Assembly (NCBI GenBank): GCA_002633005.1
Contig: NMRA01000431.1
Span: 338,956 to 391,971, forward strand
Direction: 5' to 3'
Origin: Phoronis australis
Taxonomy: Eukaryota; Animalia; Phoronida
Length of the DNA: 53,016 bases
Position 1 is the stretch's first letter. Each line of letters starts with the position of its first letter. The notes under the pieces are model-generated. The model saw only the letters and a list, made by a program, of their open reading frames with translations, did no database searches and was not told the DNA's origin. A program made the position numbers and the translations under genes. Of the stretch, positions 38,552 through 51,639 are shown piece after piece.

Positions 38552-41500
38552 ACAAGCAGACCTCTTGGTTGATCTCCGCCGTTTCGATATTCGCAAAGGT
38601 TGCTGGAGATTACCCAGGTACACGCCTGTGTAAGGTGTTGCGTTTGGGTGTAGTAATCAGATCGACCAATAGGATGTCAGTTATCTTCAAATGAGGTTAT
38701 AAGCTGTGACTATCACTTGCAGACTTAGTAGCCGGGCAAATTGGACATATTATGTGTTGAGCCAAGATTGAGGAATTTTTCAACGGGTGGGGCCAAATTT
38801 GGGAACTGGTTACACAACCGTCCGGAACAACTATTCCCTGTATGTGCAGTAATATACAGAATATCATTTTCCCTCAATTTACTTAATGACTTGTAATTGT
38901 ATGTTTTTTCATGTTCACACTGCTTTCCATGGTGGCCCTCTAGTTTGAAAGCGTATTATCTTTTTCCAAGTTTAGAGTTCTAACTTTATTTTCATTTTCC
39001 GAACTTGTGTCACCTATACTTTAACTAATCTGAATGTTTACGAAGCATGCGCACTTGATGAACATGGTAATGGAACATATTTGCTAATATTTTTACTGTG
39101 TGTCATTTGTCCAACACTGGTGTGTCGAGAGATATGCAGAGAACTGTATCCTCGATCAGTGCTCGATTTGGTGGCCTGCAGGTGACCAATGCGATTTCAC
39201 ATTGTGTTGACGACCCAGGAAAAATCCCAAGTCGGCAGGAAGTCGCTACAGCGAGTATCAAAGTCAGACAATAATTCACCCGAAATTCATTTCAGAGTTT
39301 TAGTGAATCCCTAACTTTAAATTACTAACACATTTCCTTTATTTAATACCGTTGGTTCACAATTATTCCGTTTATTTATTAAAATTGGCGCATTTGACAC
39401 TCTCAGCAGTCTGCACACATCAAACGAGCTTAAATTACAACAGGAAATTAACAGACTCAAGTCGGAATTGCTCGGCAAAAATCGAGCTACGAAACACGAC
39501 CCGCCAGCGTATGCGATCGCCTGCGTTCCTCGTTGGCAAGAGGAACTGCCGCTACATAAAATTACAGAATGATGTCAAACTAAACATGAGACATTAGGTG
39601 CGGGTAAAATGGCATGAAATAAGTAGGGGGCTATAGCCCCCCAACCCCATATGGTGCGCCACCCATGTATAGGTGACTTTCCATTAACCTGTATTAATTT
39701 TTTTTTTTTTTACCAACAAACTCTCAAGAGGGGGTGGGAAACTAATTGCTGGCGACAATAACCCCAACTGACGGATATCACGTCTATCTGACTACCGTTT
39801 TCGCCACTGGAAAACTGTGATAGCGTTTCCGGTATCCTAGTAATACTGATGAATGATAGACGGTAAATATCCTCTCCTCCCTTCTTTAATGGTAGAACAG
39901 AACCAAGTACGTGCATTATTCACCGTACCAGACGATGACCTCGGCGGCAGTACTGAGTAGAAGGTACTTTATATCTACATGCATAGCGTACGCATTGTAC
40001 ATGTAAGACGCTAACAATAATGGATTATACATATGTTGTCCGCACCGTGTCGAGCGTTTGCAGTCCGTGATTGATTCGAAACATTGCAAGGTTATCAGCG
40101 ATGCATGCGACTCATTTCAGTTATCAAAACCTGGTTTAGTCTGTTGTTTCCTGGTTAGGCTATTCTTGTTCGAAAACAGGATACGGATGTACGCTTTGTA
40201 TTTATGATGTTGTAGAAATCGTATTGTAGTTTGGCTAATAAAACCAGACATCAAGGAAACCACTTGGTGTAAATATGTGTGCGCCCTCTGTAGCGTCATG
40301 TTAAACTATGCCATTCGTGTGTTCATTAAATTGATTTTATTCTTTATTGAAACTAAACAATCCACTGCGGTTGTAAGTGATATCTCCGTGGTAACAGTCC
40401 ATCAAACTGTCTTCAGATATCGTTTTAAGCAAATTTGTGTATTTGGTTAAGTTTTCCGCCAGTTTGTGCACTCTCCTTTTTTAAAGAAAATATTGTTTGA
40501 CTAAATATGAGACTGGACACACAGAATGGCGCCAATTAGTTTACGACACTGAGTCCTTTGTTTTGCGCGCAGCCTGTTCTACAAGCATTAAAGGCTGCCG
40601 TGAACAATTCGTATGTTGTTCCTATACTCAAATAATTGCTGGCGGTTGATTGTTTTGGCAGGAAAACCATTGATACAAGTGGTCAGCAAACAGTTTTTCA
40701 AACAAATCTTGCAATACCTCATGTGCAGACGTTATTAAGGACTTGCGTGTTTTCGAATTTCCACGTTTTGCCCTAGTAAATGTTAAACGACACTAAGTAC
40801 ATTTTGAAAGTTATCTATAAAACGAAATCAAGATGATAGATTACAAATTTAAGCAAGCATTGAATTCATAGACAAGTGCTATGCACATGCGTGAACAGCA
40901 AACTCTTCTACGCGTTTATGAAGCAGACAATGTAAAATAACTGTTTACAGAACGTAGTGATCAGACTCGATTACTGAATGCTTGTTCTCAGCAGCGTGCT
41001 GCAAGCTTGCAACAGGCTGTGGACTTTAGACTGTTAAGCTTTAGTGTGGATACTCTACCAAGTTGCGAACATTAAAAACACGTGTACAATGCAACTTACG
41101 CCAATAAAAATAACGTGCAAGCGAAGGTGAACTGCGCCACACAAAGAGTTCAATTTTCATTTGATGCATTAAGCTTACTTGCCGTACGAACAATTCAACA
41201 TATTGGTACATTTTTACTAACGTCGTTACCTGAGTGGCAATTATAGAGGATCTTTCTTGTTTGATGGTCTAAACTAGATACAGTTTACGTGAAGTGTACA
41301 CACCATGTCGCGTGACAGGGGCCAATCGCAATAATTAATGTTTTGTCAGAAAAACGGCCACAATCCAAGGCTAAATTTTGTAGGTGTTTTTTTTTATAAA
41401 TTAAATAACAATGCAAAGACGTGTCATGACTGGGCTATAACTGTTCGATATCACTGACGATAGAGTAGCGAACTATTTCTTAGTAAAATAATCGAATTCA

Positions 41501-43613
41501 GATTTAACGTTTGAGTAGCCCAACGATTTGCATTAAACCAGAAAAGAAATATCATTATATAAAGTCACCCAACAGTACTTACCTTGAATGGAAAAGCTAG
41601 ACTCGAACTGCATAATCCGACACAATAAAGAAATATTAGTAATGTATTCATGACTGTAATAGTTCTTGTGGAAAAACCCTCTCTCCGCAACGTTCCTGCG
41701 AGAGCTAAGTGGAGTGAAAAGTTTTATATAGCTCAACCGACTCAACCTCGTCCGCGTGCATAAAGACGTCACTAACTAGTCACGTGACAATGCCATTATG
41801 CTTGACCTAAACGTTGAGCAACGTCGACGCCCTTCGCACCGATTGGAAGTCTTGTCTTTGGTCATTTAAATGACCCGCGACAGCAATTAACTGCTCTGCT
41901 GTCTGTAATGATGGTGCTTTCGTGAACGCACTAACATGAACGTGTCGAACAGCATGAGTCTCACCATTTGCGTTTCACAAAGCGAAGTGCTAAAGCCGTT
42001 GGCTATGCACTTTATTCAGCCCGCTGTCGAGAATCCCCACCACGTCACAGATTTTATAGAAACAGCAAAATTTACATCATCCAAGTTGATTCTTCAAGTG
42101 CACTAGATAAATGATAGAAACTGCAGTTAAATATGTGTCAATACTGTGGAAATTTACAGGCAAATGCGGATAGGTAAAACTGATCGGGGCGGAGAGGGTG
42201 GGAGAAATTCACAACGTACTGTATATGTCAAATAAAATAGACATTAAAACCACATGCCAATAAAACTTTGACATTTTTGTTTTGGTAATTGTCCAGTCCC
42301 TTCTAAAAAGACGTACGTGTCTTAGATTCAAGAACATTATTTCAAACGCAAGAAATCTGCAAATCACATACCGCATCCCTCCTTTGTTCATTTTCAGTTC
42401 TTTTGCGAATTCTTAGACATTAAAAGACATTTGTCAAAATGCCCCTGACCCCGTAATGCTTTAAAAAGGATACGGTACATGCCAAAAAACGTTGTAACGT
42501 AAGAAATGACGCATTTTTGGAGTAAAATTATTTGTTTGGCGCGCTTTTGAAAATTCAACATAATGCGAAAGTTCACGGATTCACAGCCAAACCTAGCTAT
42601 GGATACAGCAAACACGGAGCACTGTGACATTCAAACATTTCCAGAGAACCGCTTCGCGTAACTTTTTCGGTCTTAACTCAAACCAAAATCTGTCTTAACC
42701 GAAAACCGAAAATGCCACCTAGTACAGAGAAGGCTAAAGGCCGGATTTTGGTTTACATAACAAAAATATGTGACTGTTATCACAGTTAACTGTCGAGGAA
42801 CAAGTTTCGTTTGTATTTTTAAAATGTTTTACTATCTAATGGTCTCAAATTGAAGATCGCCTGCTTTTAATTTAGTGTGACTTACCGACAAATGTGATAT
42901 TTTTCGGCCATACCCAGGTCTTCTCCGACGAGATCCCTATTGTAATTATCAGTGGTTCCAAAATATTAAATACGAATACCAATTTTAAAAGCCACAATTA
43001 TTCGAGAGAACGTTCCCCAGGTCCAGTTTCTTGCGAGAAAAGCAATATCTCGCAAGACCTCGTAAAATCACACTCGTGAAAAGCACAAATGTTTCGGCAC
43101 TATGCAAGAGAGCTAACTCGACTATCCTAGTAAAATGATGGCCACTTAAATGATTAGCCGACGAGGCTAGAGTGTTGACTTGTGACATTGAATTCACTGC
43201 TTCCGTTCCACAAGTGCAGATTTTTCGCCGAAAGTGCAATGTCTACAGAAATCAATCCGGATTTCTCACATCGCCTAGCTTATTTTTGTGAATTCGTATC
43301 AAGTCGCAAAAGCGTAGTTAGTATGCTAAGCTAAACTCAACTTCGTAACTGAGAACTGAAATGCCAAATACGCACTTGACCCACGAGTTCTTGTGCCATC
43401 CCGAGTTTGGAAAAGCTTGCGATCCCGAGTTTGTTGTCATCAAATCAAGCCTGATTTCATTGCTTCATTTTCACTTTGTCAGTTGTGTTCATAATAGAAT
43501 CATCAGGGGAGACTCTTTGGGTACGGTTCCAGACAACCAGCGTTTTCACCGCAAAATAATTAAGTAATCCGTCAATTACGCATCGACATGTGGGTCTAGA
43601 GTGGACGCCGAAT

Positions 43614-43976
43614 AGTACCGTTCCGGATTACACAGCGACACTCGAATCTCGCTATATCTACACACAATGCCGTAAAGATCCGTCAGGGACATTTGCTGCC
43701 TCGTTTTCGTGCCACTGGAGTTTCATATTGTTGTCTGATTTTTACAAGTTTTTCTCGGTTGCATTACTCTACTCGTCCTTCCTTACTACTGTGTTGTGGG
43801 ATGCAACTCCGACGTGAAAAAGTTTGACAGACTAGACAAATACCCATGTATGCGTGTCGCCTTCCCGACACCAGTGAGAGACACGAAAATGTGCCTGATT
43901 TTTAAAGCTAGGTCATGCGCTTTCTTATCCCCAGGACAAAGGAGAGTTCTATTGCCGTGTAATCCGGGACGGCCCC
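43614..43976. mobile_element. MITE family copy B, inverted relative to 38153-38551
   Basis: Ends ccggattacacagcgacactcgaat and gccgtgtaatccgggacggccc. Shares internal blocks with copy A, e.g. gcctcgttttcgtg.cactggagtt and tgcaactccgacgtgaaaaa. Confidence 0.85.
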
Positions 43977-44785
43977 ATTATCTGACCTCTCATATCTTTT
44001 CAGCTCTTGCCTTAGAGCCAGTGTTAGGAGTTTTTCAACAAGTGTCTTGAAATTTTACAGTAATAGTGACATTTGGTTTATATTTGTTCTGCAGTTTAAA
44101 TGAAAGTTTAGGTCCTACTAACACGTGAATTTACGCAATTTTCGAAAAACTAATCGTGTATTTAATTAAGTGTAGCATAGCAGTTGCAAAAATGTGTCCC
44201 AGTGTCTCTTGTTTACGGTAACAAACACTGCATGAGCAATATAACTAATTTTTACTGCCTGAAGAAATGAGTTTATTTCAATGTATATTGCTACACTCCA
44301 ACCAATGTACATTTCAAAGCTTCACAATAGATGCTTGTCCATTTTTATCTATCAGAAAACCCGTATCAGCAAAGTCCGTATAGTTGATCGTAGTAATTAG
44401 TTTGTTACATTTTTGTAAATGTCACTGCATCCTGAATTTTTACTGAAGAATGTGATCGTATCAAAAGTCCAATCAAAATATGAAGATGCATCATTTTGAA
44501 TGAACCATTATACTCTGAAATTTTTGTCTTTATCCGGTCTGGACATTCCCAGATGAAATGAATTCTCGATATGATTTGGCAGTAGCATTTCTGTGTATGT
44601 GGGATAACCTATATGTATACAACATCCATGTTTTCGCATACATGGGATAATACACAAGACAAAATACCATAGATACAGTGTAGCAATACATAAAAACGAA
44701 CAATAACTCGTCACCGCAATTCTCGGTGGAATCCTTCTGATAATTATATAAGTGACACTGACAAGTACGTATGAAGGTTTGTCAC

Positions 44786-44845
44786 AGAGTGTGTCGTTGG
44801 GAAGACAACAAGAAGAGCAAACATTCGGAGCACCCGACATAACAT
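44786..44845 (-). CDS. Candidate signal-peptide exon of CRH-BP (MLCRVLRMFALLVVFPTTHS)
   Basis: ATG at 44845 followed by basic residues, a hydrophobic core and a THS end. A phase-0 but weak donor (gtgaca) would join the 37235 exon. A strong acceptor (ttttgttttttcag) lies upstream at 45026. Confidence 0.3.
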
Positions 44846-47413
44846 TGACAAGTCCAACAGGGAAAACACTACGGCACAACAATGTCCTGGCTTCAAGTGT
44901 GGCGTGAGTTGACAATACAGTTTGGAGGTACATGTACATGTACCTGGAGAACACAAACTTCATAAACAGCGGCGTGGCACACTGTAACGAAGACTGTGGT
45001 TATTGGATTTTTGCCGATCTCTGACCTGAAAAAACAAAAAAAAAACATCAGAAACTTTTAGATATCGATTGGTAATATGGCCACACAATTATCTGATAAC
45101 AAGATAACAACATAACAAACGCTTAGGATATTGATCATTTCTCGAAATAGTCAGCACCAAATGAGTGGAAAAGAAATATTTGCACGGCACGATAGTAAAA
45201 TATATCTCTCCTTTTCACCTTTTGATTTTCGGTTGCAACAAAGTATGCTACTTCCCAGTGCGACAATTGTTCGTAAATAATGTTTGTCATTGGTTTTGGT
45301 ATCAACGACATTGGAAGCCTCTTACGAATGAAGTGATAACCATGTTCTCATATGTTCAGCGCTGAAAACTGGGCGTGATTTCTAAACTCGAGCAATGGAT
45401 GTCAAGCGGAACGCAAGCAGCGTAATCGAAGCATCGTTTCCGTGCAAACATTTTGTTTTTTCCGCCAGTGTCTTAAGTCTCGTGGGAATTCAAAAAGTGT
45501 TGCAACGTAAACTGAAAGATGCTAAGCCTCCTTCTAGTGACAGGCAAAAACTGGTTGTACTTGTCACCCGCTAACTCCCGTTCACAGCGTTCGGTGTTTT
45601 CTAGGTATGCCTGCTTCCTATGATAAAAAACATTAACCGTGCAAAGTTCTACTTTATGGAGAGAGAGCATGTGCTGATGGCAACAAGGTCATCTTTCTTC
45701 TCTTGTTTGTGCGCGCGGGCATGTGTGGAGTGCACGTGGTCGTGTGCTAACATTTTTGATTAAACAATTTCTTGTTTTAAATAACTTATTCTTATTAAAA
45801 TGGCATAGGCAAGAAATCCATTTTCGATCTTCAAACATGGGACCAATAATAATATAGGAGGCCTCACCTGAAGGCGGACAAAAAGCGATGCCTCTTATAT
45901 TAGTATAGGGGTCCCGCTCTTGGTGAATATCGGAGGCTTGAAAAGGAATTTATGCTTGTGTCATTTTAAAAGAAACGAGCCATTTAAAATAATCAGCTGT
46001 TTTTATTAGTTGACAATGGTTATCCCCTTTCAATAAATTGTAGAGGACTGAGAAATTTCGACGAAAGAATGGGCGTTTTTTATTTTATTTGTGAAAAACA
46101 ACACTCAATTGATTGCAAGACACACATTTCGTAGAAAAGGACTCTAGAAAGAAATGAAATTTGCGAGGATTCGGTTTTTTAAGCTGTGCCTCCTCAAATT
46201 CTCGAGGTGTTTTTTTTTCAAAGCTGCGTCTCCTCAAACTCTCAAGGTGTGTACATTCTACTGGGCAAGAACAACGTTGAAGTTGTGGGGGAAAACGTGA
46301 CTAACATGATAATTTTTAACCTTTGAAATACTGTCTGAAAAAACTTCTGATCACACTAATTAATACATTTGCCCCTAGCAAACATAGTCCTTGTCTTTAC
46401 AATAATCCAGAAAAAGTATAACTGCATCCAATACAAAGTCAAATGTCACGTGTTGCTAGTTATTCGCAAAAACAACCGGAAAGCCAGGGATAGAGTTATG
46501 AGGCTAATGCTTGGTAGGCCCATGTAGGCTGTATACTCAAAAGTTAAGAAAATAAACACGGCAAAGAAGAAGTGCTATAAAAAGCAAAAATTGATTTGTT
46601 CTTGATCAACTGAAATCTTGTATCTTGTATTGAAAACATAGACATACGTCCAGGTAATGGAACTTTTCAGTTCTATACAATGTTAGCAATTCGCATGCGA
46701 ATCTTGACAAGGGTAGAGAATTTTTTCTCAAAGATTCAGACGGTGTGAAACAATTAAAAAAAAAACAATTAAATGTCAACCCTTACCAGATAGACAACAC
46801 AGACAGAATTTCTGCGGACAGTATTCAGTTTCAAATATCTGATCAACTTTTTTTTTTAATTCCGTTGTTCAATATCAGACCGATCGTCATTTCCTATGGC
46901 GTGCATAAAAAGAAACAAAGCGTTCAACAAGGAACCATTTTAGAAAAATGTTCTGCAACAATTCAATGACGACTAATTTCGCTTTCCCACTAACGTCGCA
47001 ACTATTTTGTTGATTTTCCGTAAGTGAAAAAGCGTAGTTTCCAGACTTAAACACTCTTTAAAACTCCTTTCAAAATAGATGAATTTAAATGGGCAAGCTG
47101 CAATGGGAAAGGATATCTCCAATCCGATTGGAGCAATCGCCCAAGGTTGCGATATGCAACACAGCGATGGTGTTGTAATAGAGTGGAGTTTTGCTATTGG
47201 GAACGCGACATAAATATTTACAAGGACTGATAAAACCATGAGACTTTTGAGACATCCAGTAGATGTAACAAAATACCTTCTTGGTTAATTTGTCAAAATT
47301 CATCAAGAAAGCTTTTTTCAAAAGAGTTAGTGTCTAAATACTTGGTATGTACTATGGACAGGTGGCCTTTTATCTACAAAGAATAAATAAAAAAGAATTA
47401 AGGTCGCGAAATC

Positions 47414-47657
47414 AAAAAAATTGAGACAAATACTGGAATTTGACTACTTGAATTAGCGACGTTGAGTCCGCATCTCATAGGCTTCATCTTGCCCAGTAGT
47501 GTTATTATCGACATCTATCTGGACGAAATGTTCAGAGACTACTCACCTATAGACAAGAACTATAATAACATATCTAGCCAAGCTGAAGTCCATGAGAGAC
47601 GGACGCAACGTCGCTAACTCAAGTAAGCAAATTCCAGTATTTGACTCATTTTTTCTG
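47414..47657. repeat. Diverged foldback: arms of about 95 bp around a spacer of about 50 bp
   Basis: caaatactggaatttg..tacttgaattagcgacgttg is mirrored by caacgtcgctaactcaagta..caaattccagtatttg. Confidence 0.8.
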
Positions 47658-48259
47658 CATTTAAAGTCAAGAATTTGGAGAGGCTTGAAAGGAATAAATG
47701 GTACGTGGGAGTGATTGTCACTTCTCATGTCTTCACTGGGCAACTGAAAATGACGATGCAGTGCTTTCAACAATCTCCAAACTTTCATTACTTTTCGGAA
47801 ACTACTTGCTACAAAACGAACGTTCAGCACGCGACCGTCTCTTAGAAACTAACATTTTAGAGCAGTAGCATCCCCAAGAAGTGGTTTGGCAACTACCTTT
47901 TTAAAAGATACCTTTTTAAGAGATTTCGCGTTCCAAGCATCTTTAATTTGAATGTGAGGGTTTATATCAAAAGTTGTAAACCGCGTTGGTCTTTTGATTG
48001 GTCGAGCGATTCGTCGCACAATTTGCTTCTTGACCAAACGGCTGATTTTTATCAGCTAGTCGCAACCAATTTTATCCTTGATGGCAGGTTACCCTCTTGG
48101 GCAGTGTTATCCTTTATCGGGCTGCAAATGACAACCTCCAATTTTGTACAGTCTGCGTAACACACGCTTCATTGCACGTGCACACAATATCATAAGTAGC
48201 GGAAATTTGATAAAGAAATCTGTATTCATAGGTCTACTTTCTGTAAGGCCACTACGATT

Positions 48260-49890
48260 AGCCTGAATTCTCTCTTGGGATGGTTTTACACCATCAGCGG
48301 TCAAAACATGACCCACGTAACTAACTTGGGGTTGACTAATCTTAGTCTTATTTAGATTCAGTTTTAACCCTTGTTTTCTGGCTATCTCAAGACAAGTACA
48401 GCTGTGAGCCGTTCATCATGCTCTTGAGGTGTTTTGCCATGAATTAGAATATCATCCATCACAACTGCTACTCCCGAAATGTGACCAAACATACTTTGCA
48501 TAGCCCTTTGATAAATTTCTGGGGAACTCTTCAAGCCCATTGGCAACCTAAGATGCCTGCATCGCCCAAATGGGGTATTAAATGCTGTATAGTAAGAACT
48601 TTGTTCACTCAGCCTGATTTGGTAATAACTCATGTTTGCATCAAGTACACTGAAAATTTTACTCCCATGTAACCTGGTTACAATATCATCAATTGAACTC
48701 TTCGGGTGGTGTTCACGCAAAATAGCCTTATTTAAGCTCGAGGGATCAATGCACAACCTGACTCGATTATTGCGTTTCCGAACACATACTAACGGAGATA
48801 CCCATGGTGTTGGCTCTGTGACTTTCGCAATAATGCCACACCTTTCTAAGTGATCTAATTCCAGTTTTACCTGCTCTCTGATAGCAGCGGGAACTGGTCT
48901 GGGAGGGTGAACTACTGGCGGTATAGACGAATCTACCTGGATATCGTATTCCCCTGGAATACACCCTATTGTTTCTTCAAATACATCACTTACAAAACTG
49001 TCATGACTTGCATTTTGTTTCTGAGAGTCGACTTCAAATACACTCTGGACCACATTTAATTTAACACTGTCATCACGACCTAATAAATCTACTTGTTTCC
49101 TGTTGTCCAATACAAGAAACTCTAGCATATGTCTTTCATTCTTATAAACAGCTGGCAGTACAATTTTTCCATACGCTTTATGTGGTTTCCCATGAATACC
49201 ATTGATCATAACGTTGCTGTGTTTTAACAGGTGTTCCCTACCTAACTTTCTGAGTGTAACTAGTGACAATACATTGCAATCTGCAAACGTATCAATTGCT
49301 AAGGATAATTTTAACTTTCCAACTTGTACTGTGACATTCCAATCATCAGAATTGGTACATGCATAATTTGAATTGATACCAAATACATCTTTAATATTGC
49401 ATTGTTCCATCATATATGCCATTTCGTCCTCCTCTGTTCTGTGTACATTTGTGTGTCCTGGGTGATTCCGACCACGTTTGCCCCTGTAACGCCCTCTAGA
49501 TTGTCCTCTTCGCTGTTGTTGATGGTGGTTTTGCAGTCGTAGCGATCTCTGCGAGGATGTCTGTTGTGCTTTGCAAATTTTCGAATTCGCAAAATGGCCA
49601 AAACTGCCACAAGCGTGACATGTTTTGCCTCTGGCAGGACAGTTATCATCGTAATGCGTTCTCGTGCATTTTTTACAAAACATCATGTGCCTTGTGTGAC
49701 ACACATTGTCCTCTGCTGTTGTGACAGTTCACTTGCACGGCAGATTTTAATGACATTTTCCAACGTATAATCATTTACTTCTAAGTCTAGAAGTTTCAAC
49801 TTGATATGACTGTCGCGGACACCACTGACAATTCTGTCACAAATAAATGTGTCTTCTATGTCACCATAGTCACATCCTTTTGCGCGATGC
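48260..49890 (-). mobile_element. Ty3/Gypsy LTR-retrotransposon gag-pol fragment (gag, zinc knuckles, protease, RT), truncated and frameshifted
   Basis: Gag motifs CDYG..ICDRIVSGVRD..LKLL..YTLE..IKICRASE. Knuckles CKKCTRTH/CPARGKTCHACGSFGHF. Protease-like IDTFADCNVL. RT motifs PWVSPLVCVRK, RLCIDP, LDANMSYYQI, FNTPFG, RLPMGL and VMDDILIHG, then YVGHVLTADGVKP. No RNase H, integrase or LTRs seen. Confidence 0.93.
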
Positions 49891-49984
49891 TACAGATCGG
49901 CAACAAAAGCCATAAGCGACCCCAATGCACCCCAATGCACATGCTCGAAAAATGGCGGCAGCCTTTTAAATTCGCTCCTGTTCA

Positions 49985-50834
49985 ATGGATGATTCTGAGT
50001 GGCAAATTGTACGTAAACGTAAACCAAACAAGGACAGCAGCGAGTTAAGGTCAACTATGAACCGTACAGGTGATAAAGATAGAAAAAAGTCTAATTCTCA
50101 ACCTACAATTAGTGAAGCTATATCAAGCATGCCGACCTCCCCAGCTCCACGTGATCATCAAGGTGAGATATCTGAACTCATATTGAAAGAAATCCGAGAT
50201 CTAAAGTCTGCACAAGATGGGCTTAGAAAAACGTTTGAATCCAAAATGGATAAAATACGCATTGAGATTACAAATTCAATTGATATCAAGCTAAAATCCT
50301 TCAAGGCGGATATTGATATGGATTTTGCACGTCTTGAAAACCGCGTCAACGCATTGGAGAAGCATTACACGCATGGTTCAGATTTAGTCATTCAGAACGA
50401 CCCTTTGAAAAACAATGACTTGTGTATTATCGCATCAGGCATTGTCAACGCAACCCGACCTTTACGCGAAGTGATTGAGGAATTGTTATGTAACATGGGC
50501 CTGTCTTCAGATGTGACCTTACTGGACTGCACCCGTCTGAATCATGCTCGACAGGGGGATACTAGACCTCCCTTGGTCAAATTTGCGGTTGAGTCACTGG
50601 CTCAAAAAATTCTAGTTGCGGAACAAGCAAAAGTAAAAGGACACGCCTATATTTCAACGAGTTTTTCTTCGTGGAAGCAAATCTCACACGGACAGGTTAA
50701 TTGAAATCAATTTCAAAACAATCATTGAAACGAACAACAAGGAATTCAAGATCCGCTCAAATGGTCGAATTGTGAAAGTGGCCACAAGTGAGGAGGCTGA
50801 CTCGGGAAACAAAACAAGTCGTGATGCAGAATAG
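49985..50834 (+). pseudogene. LINE ORF1 (coiled-coil plus RRM-like L1/CR1-type ORF1p), frameshifted near 50615
   Basis: WQIVRKRK N-terminus, a coiled-coil stretch, LCIIASGI and RPPLVKF. The frame shifts and continues through one stop as VFLRGSKSHTDRLIEINFKT...RSNGRIV to TAG 50832-50834. It lies directly upstream of an APE ORF. Confidence 0.75.
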
Positions 50835-51482
50835 GACAGCGTTTTGAGGATTTGCGAAGCCAATGTCGGTGGTTGGACTAGCAACAATTCATTGCTCCGT
50901 GAACAATTGCTGTCTTCATTCAACGCCCACATCATAGAAGCGGTAGAAACTCATTTGTATGCAAATAAATCTATTACTTTGCCTGGTTATTGTTGGTACG
51001 GACATAATAGGCAGCTTATAAACAAGCGGGCCTCAAGAGGTTCAGGTGGGGTGGGAATATTTGTTAAAAATGATTTGTTTAAAACATTTAAAATCGATAT
51101 TGTTGACAAGTCGTGTGATGGTATATTAGCTTTAAGACTAACTCATATACGCTCAGACTATTGTATAATTGTATTTTGTTGCTACTTACCGCCTGAGAAT
51201 TCTTCAAGGGGTTGTGATGCGGATAGTTTCTACAGCCATCTATTATGCCAGTTATATTTACATGCAGAAATAGCAGATGACGTTGTTATATGTGGAGATT
51301 TTAACTCGAGAGTGGGTAACTTGAATGATTACATTCCAGATGTTGATTGTCAAGTAAATAATCGAGTCGTAATTGATAAAGCTGTAAATAGTCATGGTAG
51401 AAGTTTGATTGATTTTTTGTTGGGGTCTAAAACTTGCATAGTGAATGGTAGGAAAGAGATAAGTAAAGATAACTTCACCTAA
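50835..51482 (+). mobile_element. LINE ORF2 N-terminus: apurinic-like (APE/EEP) endonuclease, truncated before RT
   Basis: Motifs ANVGG, AVETHL, GYCWYGHNR, GSGGVGIFVK, CYLPPE, ICGDFNSRVG, DKAVNSHGRSLIDF and IVNGR...FT. The sequence breaks abruptly at about 51482. Confidence 0.9.
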
Positions 51483-51639
51483 AATAGTTTTCTGTTAAGG
51501 ATGTAACAATGCCTTCTCGTTTTGCATGAATTTGACACATTCTGTGCTATCTGGTGGCATTTTTTAAAAAGAGTTAAGTTTTTACGTCTGCCTCTCTATC
51601 CGTCAATTGGGATCATTACGAAAATTGGCTAATGAGTTC

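Noticed and set aside
38252-38623. Similar short ORFs here and at 43590-44050 as a duplicated gene
   Set aside because: The similarity comes from two copies of a non-coding MITE, and the reading frames are not preserved between them.
44508-44963. 151-aa Cys-rich ORF as a standalone gene
   Set aside because: No recognisable domain, and the composition is typical of chance ORFs.
45473-45670. ORF containing RELAGDK, resembling human CRH-BP KRELAGEQ
   Set aside because: A five-residue match in a poorly conserved region, with no signal peptide and no compatible splice donor identified; probably coincidence.
48382-49704. 440-aa ORF as a host gene or intact retrovirus
   Set aside because: It is a Gypsy gag-pol piece with frameshifts at both ends, the protease DTG reads DTF, and there is no RNase H, integrase, env or LTR.
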